Shown here: one piece after another, positions 29,331 to 38,859 of the stretch | How positions within the stretch are numbered: the stretch's first letter is position 1 | Layout of the letters: each line of letters starts with the position of its first letter | Source of the DNA: Candidatus Poribacteria bacterium | Lineage (GTDB): Bacteria; Poribacteria; WGA-4E; GCA-2687025 | DNA: 64,000 nt | Assembly (NCBI GenBank): GCA_963665845.2 | Contig: OY762492.1 | Location: 2,944,001-3,008,000, forward strand | Reading direction: 5' to 3' | Notes under the pieces: generated by a model | Databases searched by the model: none | What the model saw: only the letters and a program-made list of their open reading frames with translations | Told to the model about the DNA's origin: nothing | Translations under genes and position numbers: made by a program

Positions 29331-31025
29331 TCAGTTCGCCGTTCCAAACGCCTTGATGCGTTCCAAATCCCATGTGTTGATGACATGCCGCGGCTCAAGC
29401 CATGCCCGCCGCGCCGTCATGAGGCCGTACCGTATGTTCTCAAGCGTCGCCGTTCGGTGCGCGTCCGCGTTGATGGAGATGAGCGCGCCCGCTTCCACCG
29501 CCCGCCTGCATAGTTCGGCGCTTAGGTCTAAGCGTTCGGGCGAGGCGTTCAGCTCCAGCGCCGTTCCGGTCTCCGCCGCTTTTTCGATGAGCCTGTCCAC
29601 ATTCACCGGATACGGATCGCGCCTGCCGAGTTTCCGCCCCGTCGGATGTCCGAGAACGCGCACAAACGGGTTCTCCATCGCCTTGCAGAGCCGCTCCGTC
29701 TGCGCCTCTTCGGACAGGTTGAAAAGCGAATGCGCGCTGGCGACGACCCAGTCCAGCTTCTCTAAAATGCTGTCGGGGTAATCGAGCTTGCCGTTTGCAA
29801 GTATGTCGACTTCGCTTCCCGCCAGCAGCGTTATACGACCGTTCAACGTCTCGTTCGCTTCATGAACCTCCTCGATCTGCCGCATAAGCCGTTCGACGCT
29901 GAGTCCGCCTGCGTAGCCGGAGGAGCGGGAATGGTCGGTGATGGCTTGATATTCGCGTCCGAGAGCCGCCGCCGCTTCCGCCATCTCTTCGATGCTGTTG
30001 GCGCCGTCGCTGGCTTTCGTGTGGGAGTGGAGGTCGCCGCGGTAGTCGCTTTCTTGGATGAGCGTTGGCAAACCGCCTTCGTCCGCCTTTTCAACGGCGG
30101 CGCGCCCCTCGCGCATCTCCGGCGGAATGAACGGAAGACCCAGCTTCGCATACACCTGCTCTTCAGACAGGGTCGCCCATGCGCTGTTGTCGTTGAGCGG
30201 CGGAAGTCCGCGCGCCTCGGCGCGTTCGTTCAGCGCGTCCAGATGCTCCGCGTCCGCCGTCTCGCGCAGCCAAACCGCATGGAACGATCCAGGCGCGGCA
30301 AGCGTCACTACGGCTGGAAAACCGCCGGCGATGGTACCTTTCATAACGTCTCCAACGGCGGTCGTCTCAAAACCGATTTTTTGAAGCGCCGCCGCCGCGT
30401 CGTCGGGGCTGTCCGCTTCAGCCGTTACGCGAACGCCGAGGCATATTTCTGCCGCCCGCCTTGCCGCGCCTGCGGTCTGCGCGTCGGACGCGGCGCCGCT
30501 CTCGATCAGCGCGGACGCGATCTGTCCGCCGACCGACAGCGCTTCTTGCAGCGGGCGCTCCGTCTTTCGACGGCGGAAACGCGCGATGCCGTCTCGAAAC
30601 ACCCCGACCGTTTTTTCCGTAATGCCCTTCATCTTTAACAAGCTGCCGTCGTCCAGAGACGCCTCCAGCTGTTCAATGCCCGCAATCTGCCGCTCCTTGT
30701 AGAGCCGCTGCGCCGTTTTGATCCCTAGCCACGGAATTTCTAGCAGCTCCAGCGCGGTCGCGGGTATCTTCTCTTCCAGCGATTTCCGCTTGTCGCATTC
30801 GCCCGTTTCCAGCAGTTGGAGAATCGTTTTGGCGGTGGAGGCGCCGACCCCCTTGATCGCGTTCAATTTTCCCGCTTGCGCGATGGACGCGATCGACTCG
30901 TCCAGCCCCTCAACCGTCCCGGCAACGCGCGCCAAACTGCGCGCGCGGTACACATCTTCCCCCGCAATCGTCATCAGGTCGGCGATGGCGCGCAGCTCGT
31001 CCGCCAGTTCGTCGTTCGTCATCAT
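29331..31025 (-). CDS. polX: PolX-PHP protein with a degenerate polymerase active site
   Basis: HhH motifs, LGLPFIPPEMRE; PHP motifs DLHSHT..SDG, ITDHS, GSEVDI, GHPTGR, NADAH. Confidence 0.9.
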   Translation of the reverse strand: MMTNDELADELRAIADLMTIAGEDVYRARSLARVAGTVEGLDESIASIAQAGKLNAIKGVGASTAKTILQLLETGECDKRKSLEEKIPATALELLEIPWLGIKTAQRLYKERQIAGIEQLEASLDDGSLLKMKGITEKTVGVFRDGIARFRRRKTERPLQEALSVGGQIASALIESGAASDAQTAGAARRAAEICLGVRVTAEADSPDDAAAALQKIGFETTAVGDVMKGTIAGGFPAVVTLAAPGSFHAVWLRETADAEHLDALNERAEARGLPPLNDNSAWATLSEEQVYAKLGLPFIPPEMREGRAAVEKADEGGLPTLIQESDYRGDLHSHTKASDGANSIEEMAEAAAALGREYQAITDHSRSSGYAGGLSVERLMRQIEEVHEANETLNGRITLLAGSEVDILANGKLDYPDSILEKLDWVVASAHSLFNLSEEAQTERLCKAMENPFVRVLGHPTGRKLGRRDPYPVNVDRLIEKAAETGTALELNASPERLDLSAELCRRAVEAGALISINADAHRTATLENIRYGLMTARRAWLEPRHVINTWDLERIKAFGTAN

Positions 31026-31048
31026 AATATGCGTCCTCAACCGCTCTT

Positions 31049-31077
31049 ATCATAACGTCCAGCCGCGCCGTTTGCAA
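31049..31077 (-). promoter_or_regulatory. Putative sigma70 promoter of the polX operon
   Basis: TTGCAA-17bp-TATGAT. Confidence 0.55.
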
Positions 31078-31090
31078 CCCTCCGCGCAGG

Positions 31091-31240
31091 TTGGCAGTAC
31101 GCTCATGCGATAAACTTCATTTTGACCCAAAGCGTTTGGCGCCGCTTGCTGTCATTCCCGCGTAAGCGGGAATCTTAAGGTATTACAGCCGCCGCGCCCG
31201 TCCTTTAAACCCCCCTAGCCCCCCTTTTCAAGGGGGAATC
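31091..31240. repeat. Composite repeat family E copy overlapping the aldolase 3' end
   Basis: dRS3-like palindrome plus a CCCCCTT...AAGGGGG hairpin nearly identical to 13136-13175. Confidence 0.8.
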
Positions 31241-32005
31241 GGACTCGGCGCCGCGGAGATCGTCCAAGAGGCGACGGTAAAAAAGGTAGACTGCCGCCGC
31301 ATCCACATACGCCGCGATATACTGAACGCCGATGGAAACGAGCCATGCCGCCATCTCCGCGTCTTTGGCGTAAGAGCCGACGAAACGCCCGGCGTCAAGC
31401 GCTTTTTGGGCGCATGACTCAAGGGCGCCGCGGACGCGCGGATCGTCCACCTGACCCGTGATGCCAAGCGACTGCGACAGGTCGTAGGGACCGAGGAAGA
31501 TGACGTCAATGCCGTCCGCCTCCAGAATCTCGTCCATATTCTGAACCGCCTCCATCCCTTCGATATGTACGACGGTCATTTGATGGGCGTTGCATTTCTC
31601 CGTGTGGTCGGGAGAGCCGACATAGCCGCCCGCGCGCGTGAAGATGGAGACGCCGCGCTGTCCGAGGGGCGCGTATTTGGCGGCGTTGACAACCCGCTCC
31701 GCTTCCGCCTTAGACCCGACCTGCGGAACCTGGACGCCTGCCGCGCCGATGTCCAGCGCGCGCAGGATCAGCTCTGGGCGGTTGTCCGATACGCGGATGA
31801 TCGGCGCCGCGCCGCCGCATTCCGCGCCGCGTATCAGCTCCTCGCATGTTTCGTAGGTCAAGGGTCCATGCTCCATGTCGAGTATCACAAAATCGAGACC
31901 TGACGCGGCGGCCGCCTCCGCCGCCGACGCGCTGGACAATATGCAGAAGGTTCCGAAGGCGGTTTTGCCCGCCTCCAGCGTTGTTCGTAAACGGTTTTCT
32001 CTCAA
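31205..32005 (-). CDS. HpcH/HpaI aldolase family protein
   Basis: DFVILDMEHG, RALDIGA.GV.VP, KY.P.G.RG, IE..EAV.N, FLGPYDLS. Confidence 0.9.
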   Translation of the reverse strand: MRENRLRTTLEAGKTAFGTFCILSSASAAEAAAASGLDFVILDMEHGPLTYETCEELIRGAECGGAAPIIRVSDNRPELILRALDIGAAGVQVPQVGSKAEAERVVNAAKYAPLGQRGVSIFTRAGGYVGSPDHTEKCNAHQMTVVHIEGMEAVQNMDEILEADGIDVIFLGPYDLSQSLGITGQVDDPRVRGALESCAQKALDAGRFVGSYAKDAEMAAWLVSIGVQYIAAYVDAAAVYLFYRRLLDDLRGAESDSPLKRGARGV

Positions 32006-32069
32006 GACGCCTCCTCCGAATGATGCCGCCCGCCTACGTTAACATGGATCGCATCGTTCGTCATGCCGA

Positions 32070-32172
32070 ATGGAAAAAGGCGCCGCCGCCCATAGCCTGC
32101 CCCCGTGAAAACGGGGCGCAGAAACGGTCCGCGTTCGCCATGCGAAATATGCCAACTAAAGCGGTAAGGTCA
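32070..32172 (+). repeat. Decayed MITE family A right half
   Basis: GGAAAAAGGCGCCGCC...GTCCGCGTTCGCC...CCAACTAAAGCGGTAAGGTCA. Confidence 0.55.
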
Positions 32173-32194
32173 GCCCTCTATGCCCTTCTGCGCG

Positions 32195-33283
32195 TTAGTC
32201 GCCGTCTTGCGGAGTTTGATTATCGCTACGGTCCGCCGCTTTCAACGTTCCCCATTCCGCTTTTTTTTTACCCGCAGGGTCGACGGAGAGGAAGCGGCTC
32301 TTGCCCGCCAAGACCCAGGACCCGAACACGGCGTTGACGCCTTCCGGCGTAACGCGAACAATCTCCTTCGTATCCACATTCACCCGCACAACGCGGTAGC
32401 CCAAGTGAACGTTGTCCGGATTCATCCCGTATAAAAGCCACTTGCTGTCCGGAGACCAAAAAGTGAGTTCTTTCCAAAGACCCTTGTCTTGTGTGATCCG
32501 CTCCATATTGGAGCCGTCCGGATCCATCATAAAAATGCCTCTCTCGCCGTTGAACGCGATCTTCTTGCCGTCCGGAGACCACCTAGGAGAGGATTCAAAC
32601 ACATCGGGGGTGTCGGTGATGTTTTTCACATCCGATCCGTCCGCGTTCATGGTGAAGATGTCGAGTTGATGGCTGTGATGATACGGCTCCTTCGCGTTCG
32701 CAGAAAACGCGATTTTTCCGTCCGGAGACACGCTCATCTGATTTTCCGATTTGCCCGGCGTGTTCGTGATGTTGACCATCTTGCCCGCGCTGTTTGTCAG
32801 CATATAGAGATCTCTGGGCGGGCCATGAGGCGGCAGAAAGTCTCCCCCGACGCTGCAGACCATCCGCTGCCCCCCGGGCATCCATCGGCTGCTATGTATG
32901 TCGAACTCGCGCCAGAAGTCGATGCCCATGTTCTGGATGATCCTCTTGGTCACGTTTATTTCTTCCCCTGTTCTGAGGTTCAGAACGTATTTTCCGTAGA
33001 ACTTGTCCGGAACGCCGCCGCCGATCGAGACATATTTGCCGTCCATGCTCCATATTGGAAGTCCGTATTCTCCCTTCAGCCAGAGTCGGTTGTTTTGTCC
33101 GTCCCAGTCGATGAGAAACACGCCTCCAGCAGAGTTGTCTGTGTAGCTGATGGTCGGCTTTTCCAGCTTCGTCACATCTTCGAGCGGTTCAAGATCGTTT
33201 CCAACGGCGTCAGCGGAAAGCAGAACGAGCAGGCTGACCGCCGCAAGAACGGCGCGAAGCTTTGAGAAGGCAATGGATGTCAT
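32195..33283 (-). CDS. Secreted TolB-like (PD40) beta-propeller protein with an SVxP...WGxLK tail
   Basis: ATG 33283 with AAAGGAG RBS; signal peptide; WS.DG/SPDG repeats; SVDPAGKKKAEWGTLK. Confidence 0.8.
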   Translation of the reverse strand: MTSIAFSKLRAVLAAVSLLVLLSADAVGNDLEPLEDVTKLEKPTISYTDNSAGGVFLIDWDGQNNRLWLKGEYGLPIWSMDGKYVSIGGGVPDKFYGKYVLNLRTGEEINVTKRIIQNMGIDFWREFDIHSSRWMPGGQRMVCSVGGDFLPPHGPPRDLYMLTNSAGKMVNITNTPGKSENQMSVSPDGKIAFSANAKEPYHHSHQLDIFTMNADGSDVKNITDTPDVFESSPRWSPDGKKIAFNGERGIFMMDPDGSNMERITQDKGLWKELTFWSPDSKWLLYGMNPDNVHLGYRVVRVNVDTKEIVRVTPEGVNAVFGSWVLAGKSRFLSVDPAGKKKAEWGTLKAADRSDNQTPQDGD

Positions 33284-33320
33284 ATCATGCTCCTTTCTGG
33301 GTTTGGTCTGCGGCGCCTCG

Positions 33321-34976
33321 TTAGGGGGAGTTCCAGCCGTCCGACCATTCTTTGGAGAATTCCCTTGACTCTGTTTGGTGATCGTCATCTCTGTCGGCAG
33401 CTCCATCAATGCCAATGCCTTCAAGCGTGAATTTCCATTCCTTAGGTTTTGGCTGTTGATTAACCTTCGCCGATGCGTAGGCGTAGTAGAAGTTGGGCAA
33501 CTCTTCAGCGCCTTCCACAAATACCGCATCCCGCAACTCGAATATCCTGCTGGCCGAGCCGTCATATCTGAGTGCAAGCGGCAGGAGCCATTTCTCGCCT
33601 TCCACATTGTTCGGGGCATGGAACACATCGAAACTGTCTTTGACAGGCTCTGGCCGCATCAGCTGGCCCCATCTGTTGCGCCGCCGCTTACACGCGAGGA
33701 CGAACGCGTAGATGTTGGCATCTGCCCCTTCCAGGTCGTTGTAGTAGTCGATGCCGGCAGTGAAGCTAATGTCGACGAGGGCGGATTTCCGGTTATCGCT
33801 CATTTTCACATTGAAGTGGTTGATGGTCACAAAGGTGTCGCGCAGTATCTTTTTCTTGCCTTCGTGAACGAAGATGGATTTCTCGTCAGAGACAAAAGGA
33901 GAAACAGGGGGTGTGGAAGTGTCTGTTTTGATGTCTTTCCAGGATGTGAGTTCCGTACTGGACGGAGGAAGATGGTCCGCTGGCAGCGTGTCGGGATCTA
34001 CAGCGTATGCGACCGCTCTGACCGTATACTCTTTTCCGCTGACCGCATCGGAACCGCTCCCTGACTCGAAGGCGTATTTCTCGGAGGCATAGGCATACCG
34101 ATCGCCGTAGTTATCGGAGACAACCTCTCTAACGTGAGCATCGCTCCCGCCGACAAACCATCGAATCGTATGAAACGGCGCATCGGCGCTGGCGCTGAGG
34201 GTAAACTGCTCGCCCGCGACAACATTATCTGGGCAATAGACCGTAACGCTTGAGATCGGCTCAACGACGCGGATCTTAATTGTCGCAGCATTGCCGGCAA
34301 CGGCTTCGCCGTTTGCGTTGACGCCGTATGGAGTCGCCGTGAACGTGACGGTGTTGCCGTACGGGACGGTTGAGAAGTCGTACGTGATTTGGCTTGTCAG
34401 CCCAGGTCCGTTGTCGCTGATTGGAGTCCCTCCGTCAATGGACCAGTCGACGCGGTAGAAGCCCACATCCGTTTGGACAGCGACATCGGTCGTTGCGGCG
34501 CCAACGAAGGTCTGGTCGTTGGTTTGAGAAGTTATCGCGACTGTTTCTGATTTCGTCCAGACGTTGATGGTTGCCTGATCGGTGTCGGTGTTGCCGTTGG
34601 CGTCGGCGGCTACGGCTTTGACAACAACGGGCGCCCCGGTCGTTGAACCGAGACCGCTGTAGTTATGGCTGAAGACGCTCGTCCTGCTCGGACCATCGGA
34701 TTTCCTGACAAAACTGTCATTGACGTACCAATCGACGGTGTCGTAGTTCACGTTGGTGTTGACGAGCATGCTGTGGCTGTCGCCTTCAAAGGTGTCGTAT
34801 CCGCTGTAGTAGGCGCCGATGGAGGTAATCTCAATCGGCATCGGTACAGCTGCTTTGGCTGGCCCGCCAAAGAAGACAGCGGCCGTTGCCGCGACAAGCA
34901 AGGTCTGAGCCGCTTTATGCAACCGACGCTTGCGGGGGGAGGTTTGGGTCGTTCGGTTTGCCAGATGCGTGTTCAT
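33321..34976 (-). CDS. Secreted protein with three Ig-like repeats and an unknown C-terminal domain
   Basis: Long signal peptide; repeats TVDWYVN / RVDWSID / TIRWFVG each followed by a V.A(V/T) strand; codon usage differs from flanks. Confidence 0.7.
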   Translation of the reverse strand: MNTHLANRTTQTSPRKRRLHKAAQTLLVAATAAVFFGGPAKAAVPMPIEITSIGAYYSGYDTFEGDSHSMLVNTNVNYDTVDWYVNDSFVRKSDGPSRTSVFSHNYSGLGSTTGAPVVVKAVAADANGNTDTDQATINVWTKSETVAITSQTNDQTFVGAATTDVAVQTDVGFYRVDWSIDGGTPISDNGPGLTSQITYDFSTVPYGNTVTFTATPYGVNANGEAVAGNAATIKIRVVEPISSVTVYCPDNVVAGEQFTLSASADAPFHTIRWFVGGSDAHVREVVSDNYGDRYAYASEKYAFESGSGSDAVSGKEYTVRAVAYAVDPDTLPADHLPPSSTELTSWKDIKTDTSTPPVSPFVSDEKSIFVHEGKKKILRDTFVTINHFNVKMSDNRKSALVDISFTAGIDYYNDLEGADANIYAFVLACKRRRNRWGQLMRPEPVKDSFDVFHAPNNVEGEKWLLPLALRYDGSASRIFELRDAVFVEGAEELPNFYYAYASAKVNQQPKPKEWKFTLEGIGIDGAADRDDDHQTESREFSKEWSDGWNSP

Positions 34977-35091
34977 GTGTTTTTCTCCGTTTCATGTTCG
35001 CGCTTACAACGCCTGATCATGGCTTAATTTCATCTTCGCGTCAACATCTTCATGCCGATGCGCCCAAAAACTTCTCTCAAGCCGTATCGCC

Positions 35092-35121
35092 ATTGTACGA
35101 TAGTTTTTGACCGCGCTGCAA
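35092..35121 (-). promoter_or_regulatory. Putative sigma70 promoter of the cassette
   Basis: TTGCAG-18bp-TACAAT. Confidence 0.4.
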
Positions 35122-35143
35122 CTTTTGAGCGCAAGCCTCTCAT

Positions 35144-35440
35144 ATTCCCGCGCGTTTTACTGCAAAGGCGGACGGCTTCTGCGGCGCCTCTAGATTCCCG
35201 CTTGCGCGGGAATGCATGTCCTCGCGGAAGCGGGGGACAACCTGGGGCGCGGGAATGACGACCTGGGGCGCGGGAATGACGGCCTGGAGCGGCGGGCGGT
35301 GGCGTCAACTAAAAGCGCGGCGGCAGCAGACTCCCCCCTTGAAAAGGGGGGAAGGGGGGGTTTCCGCCGCTCGCGGCGGCGGGCGAACGCGGACGCCGTC
35401 TGCGGCGCCTCTGGATTCCCGCTTACGCGGGAATGACGAT
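35144..35440. repeat. Mosaic intergenic repeat cluster
   Basis: Two ATTCCC-N8-GGGAAT palindromes, 21-bp tandem CCTGGGGCGCGGGAATGACG units, CCCCCTTGAAAAGGGGG. Confidence 0.85.
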
Positions 35441-35444
35441 CCGG

Positions 35445-36527
35445 TTAGCGACGCTTTTTCCGCTGGTCATCGCAGTTCTTTCGGCATGATGTCATCAGAG
35501 ACGGGTCTAGCGCCGCCTTGACGCCCCGCCGTTCCCGCGCGTATTGAACCGCCTCGTTCGCTTCGCTTAAAGAAAAACGGCGCGGTTTTAAATCGGACAG
35601 GTCGATTTCGCCGTCAACAATCATCTGCCGCGCTTCTTCCAGGCTCCGCCGCGTGAACGCCCATGAGGCGCGTATCGACACTCCTTGAAAATGCAGCTGT
35701 TCAAGATCGATGGCAAGCGTCCGCCCCGCCGGCGCCAGCCCGAAGTAGTTGACGCTGCCGCCGCGCCGCGCCGCGTCCATCGCCTGTTGAACCGCCGCTT
35801 CCGCCTCCGTCGCGACGATGACCGTATCGGCGCCGCCGTCGGTTAAGTCGCGCAGCTCGGCGTAACCTTCCGCGGTTGGCTCCAGCGCCGATACAGCCCC
35901 CCGCGCCAGCGCCTTGTCGCGCCGCTCCTTCACCGGCTCCATAACAAAAACGCGCGTCCCCGCCTTCGCCGCCAGCTGCGTGAACAACAGCCCGATCGGT
36001 CCCGCGCCCAGAATCGCCGCCGTCTCTTTCAACGGCGCGTCATGAACGGCGTTCAACACGCACCCCAGCGGCTCAACGAACATCAACCGCATCGGCGGCG
36101 TCTCCTCTGGGACATGCAGCAGCCCGCCCCGCTCCACGAGCGGCTTTGGCGCCGTCAGGTATTCGGCAAAACCGCCGTCGATGTCATGCCCGATGCCGTA
36201 AAGGTCTCGGCAATACCGATCTTGTCCGCGCCTGCATTCGCGGCACTCTCCGCATGAGATCATCGGGTTGACGCTGACGCGGTCGCCGACGCGCGCATGC
36301 GTTGAGCGCGACTCGACAACAACGGCGGCGATCTCATGCCCAAGCGCGACGGGCGGCGAATAGTCGGACGCGCCGCCGTCGATGGCGAGCAGGTCGGACG
36401 CGCACACGCCGCACAGGTCGATTTTCAACCGCGCCTCCCCCTCCGAAAGCGGCGGCAGGTTTCTCTCTTCCAACACAAGAGGTTGGTTCGCTTCATGAAA
36501 AAGGACGGTCTGATAACGGCGCGTCAT
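35445..36527 (-). CDS. Zinc-dependent (MDR) alcohol/polyol dehydrogenase
   Basis: GVCASD, LGHE, CGECRECRRGQDRYC, GAGPIG. Confidence 0.92.
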   Translation of the reverse strand: MTRRYQTVLFHEANQPLVLEERNLPPLSEGEARLKIDLCGVCASDLLAIDGGASDYSPPVALGHEIAAVVVESRSTHARVGDRVSVNPMISCGECRECRRGQDRYCRDLYGIGHDIDGGFAEYLTAPKPLVERGGLLHVPEETPPMRLMFVEPLGCVLNAVHDAPLKETAAILGAGPIGLLFTQLAAKAGTRVFVMEPVKERRDKALARGAVSALEPTAEGYAELRDLTDGGADTVIVATEAEAAVQQAMDAARRGGSVNYFGLAPAGRTLAIDLEQLHFQGVSIRASWAFTRRSLEEARQMIVDGEIDLSDLKPRRFSLSEANEAVQYARERRGVKAALDPSLMTSCRKNCDDQRKKRR

Positions 36528-37300
36528 CGTTTTTTTTGTCCGTGTCGGTTGAAGTGGGCAATCCGCTCGGCAGGCAGGCGGGTTGAGAGGATCGGCTCCG
36601 CCTCTTTTTTCAGGTAACCCATCCGCAGGATGAGAATCGGTTCGCAGGTTTCGGGCGCGTCAAAGAGGCGGCGCGTTTCGTCCCGCCCTTCCGCCGTTTC
36701 CAGCGCGGCGACGGTGAACTGCGCGCCGATGCCGCGCTCCTCCGCCTCCAGCAGCATGTTTTGAAACATGGCGCCGATGGAAAGCAGCGTCCACACTTCG
36801 CCGTTGGCGCCGGGCGAAACGCGGTCGAGACGCCTGAAGACGACGCATAACAGCGGCGCTTCGGCGAGCGCCCGTTTGGCGGCGTTTCCAGGACCCGCCC
36901 CCGCGCCCAGTTTCGCCAGCGCGGCCGCGGCGCCGGGGCGTTTCAACAGCAATGGCGCCACCAACCGCGCGAACCCCGAATCGGGCAGCTGATCCTCCAG
37001 AAAGACGCCGTCCCCCGCCTCCAGCCACTCCTCCTCGGTGACGCGCGTCCAGCTCGCCGCCGCTTCCAAGAACGGGCGCCGCTTCATCTGCGCGGACATA
37101 TGGCGGCGCGTCAATTCGCCCAGCGCCTCCTTCTGCGCCGCCTCCGTTATGAACAGCAGCTCCCATGGCTGTATGTTGAACGGCGACGGCGCCCAGCGCG
37201 CCGCCTCGATGAGCGCGTCAATGTCCTCATCAAGGGGAGGCTTGTCTAAAAAATCGCGCCGTTGGCTGCGCCGTTGCCGTATCAGGTCAAGGGGCGTCAT
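36524..37300 (-). CDS. Nitroreductase family flavoprotein
   Basis: RRSQR, AARWAPSPFNIQPW, QNMLL.A...GIG, LRMGY. Confidence 0.85.
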   Translation of the reverse strand: MTPLDLIRQRRSQRRDFLDKPPLDEDIDALIEAARWAPSPFNIQPWELLFITEAAQKEALGELTRRHMSAQMKRRPFLEAAASWTRVTEEEWLEAGDGVFLEDQLPDSGFARLVAPLLLKRPGAAAALAKLGAGAGPGNAAKRALAEAPLLCVVFRRLDRVSPGANGEVWTLLSIGAMFQNMLLEAEERGIGAQFTVAALETAEGRDETRRLFDAPETCEPILILRMGYLKKEAEPILSTRLPAERIAHFNRHGQKKR

Positions 37301-38276
37301 CGCGCTCTACAACTTGAATCGAGGCGCCGCGGTTGTTCGCGCGGACAATGCGCGTGAATCCAGGGTTGCCCGCTTTTTTAAAAAACTGCTCAGCCGTCTG
37401 TTTCAGCGCGTCAAGATTCTCGCCGAAGACAGCCATCGTCGGTCCCCAGCTGCTCATGGCGGCGCCGTATGCGCCTTCGCGCCGTAGATGTTCCGCCGTC
37501 TCCCGCACGATCGGCTCCTGAACCTGCCACTCCACCTTTTTCCATCCAACGCCCCCCATCGCGTCCAGGGCGGCGGCGGCGGTCTGCAGATCGTTTTCCG
37601 CCAGCGCAGGCAGGAGGCTCATCGTCAGCAGGTGCGAGACGCGTTCAGCGGCGCGCGGCGGCATCGGACATTTAGAACGAAAAAGCCGTTTCTCCTCCTC
37701 GCCGGAAACCTGCCGCGCGCGCGGCGACACCAGCAGCATCTTCCAGTCAGGGAAATCGCGCCTCAACAGCAACGGACCGGGACCGACGCCTTCAGCCGCC
37801 GCGGACGGCAGAAAGTCATCTTTTTGAGACGGAAAGCGATGCCCCCCGTCCACAAGGAAACCGCCCTTTTCAAAAGCGTACAGACCAATCCCGGACGCGC
37901 CCCCCCGACCCGACAGCGCCGCCGCCTCTTCAGCCGACAACGGAATCTCGTATAAAGCGGCAAGCGCATGGATAACGGACAACGCCGCCTGCGTCCCTGA
38001 ACCCAAGCCGACATGCGCCGGTATCGTCTCCTCATAACGCAGATGAACGCCGCCGACCTTCCACAGGGCGCGCAGCCGTTTCGCCAACCGCTCCACGCGC
38101 TCTTGATGGACGCCCGCGCCCACCGCCTCCACGCGCTCCGCCTTCCGCGCCTCCAATACAAAGCTGGGCTTTTCAAGCGTCAGCCCGATGCTGCCGTCGA
38201 TGCGCCCCAGCCGACCTGTCAGATCGATCAGCCCGAAATGCAGGCGCGAGGGCGTTTCGATGCGTACCGTTTTCAC
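37287..38276 (-). CDS. Beta-ribofuranosylaminobenzene 5'-phosphate synthase family (MptG-like, GHMP fold)
   Basis: TPSRLHFGLIDL.G..GRIDG, HVGLGSGTQ, GRGGASGIG..AFE.GGF.VDGGH, SSWGPT; GTG start at 38276. Confidence 0.85.
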   Translation of the reverse strand: MKTVRIETPSRLHFGLIDLTGRLGRIDGSIGLTLEKPSFVLEARKAERVEAVGAGVHQERVERLAKRLRALWKVGGVHLRYEETIPAHVGLGSGTQAALSVIHALAALYEIPLSAEEAAALSGRGGASGIGLYAFEKGGFLVDGGHRFPSQKDDFLPSAAAEGVGPGPLLLRRDFPDWKMLLVSPRARQVSGEEEKRLFRSKCPMPPRAAERVSHLLTMSLLPALAENDLQTAAAALDAMGGVGWKKVEWQVQEPIVRETAEHLRREGAYGAAMSSWGPTMAVFGENLDALKQTAEQFFKKAGNPGFTRIVRANNRGASIQVVERDDAP

Positions 38277-38280
38277 CGGC

Positions 38281-38859
38281 TCATCGGCTTTTGAGTTCCG
38301 CCCAGACAGACGCGGCGCGGTTCTTTGGCGAAACGGACATCGGATTGTCCAGCAGCGACAGCGCCTGCTCCAATACCTTGTCGGCGGAGGGGCGGTCAGC
38401 CTTGTCGGCGCCGACATATTTCCACGCGGCGACGCCGCTGCTGTCTAGAACAAAGACAGCCGGCTTTGCAATGTTCGCCGCCGCATTCAAGATGTCGTAC
38501 GCCTTGATTGTCTCTCGGCTGACGTCGCTCAACAGCGGAAAGGTTAGGCTATGCCGCTCTTTCATCTGCTTGGCGGTCGCTGTCGGGTCGACGCTGATTG
38601 CCAGCAGCCCGATCTCGTTCGTTTCAAAGACATCGATCTTTTCCTGCAGCTCCACGAGCTGCTCATTGCAAAACGGTCAGAACATGCCGCGGTAAAACAC
38701 GAGAACGCATGGCTTTCCGCGGTAATCTTTCAGTTTAACGGTCTCATTTTCCGTGTTCGGCAGTTCAAAAAGCGGCGCGCTCTCGCCGACATCCAGAGCC
38801 GAGGCGGTCAAAGCAAACGGCAAAAACAGCGCGGCGGCAAACAAAGCGGACGGTTTCAT
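38281..38859 (-). CDS. AhpC/TSA (peroxiredoxin-like) selenoprotein, 192 aa, U-P-F-C, with signal peptide and C-terminal SVxP...WAxLK tail
   Basis: ORFs 38677-38859 and 38281-38655 are one frame joined by TGA (38677-38679): VLVFYRGMF-U-PFCNEQLVELQ. Confidence 0.88.
38646..38662 (-). promoter_or_regulatory. Candidate bacterial SECIS hairpin
   Basis: GCAGCTC-GTG-GAGCTGC; loop G lies 22 nt after the UGA. Confidence 0.65.

Noticed and set aside
33284-33628. N-terminal extension of the 477-aa ORF
   Set aside because: Overlaps the upstream gene; the RBS and signal peptide support a start at 33283
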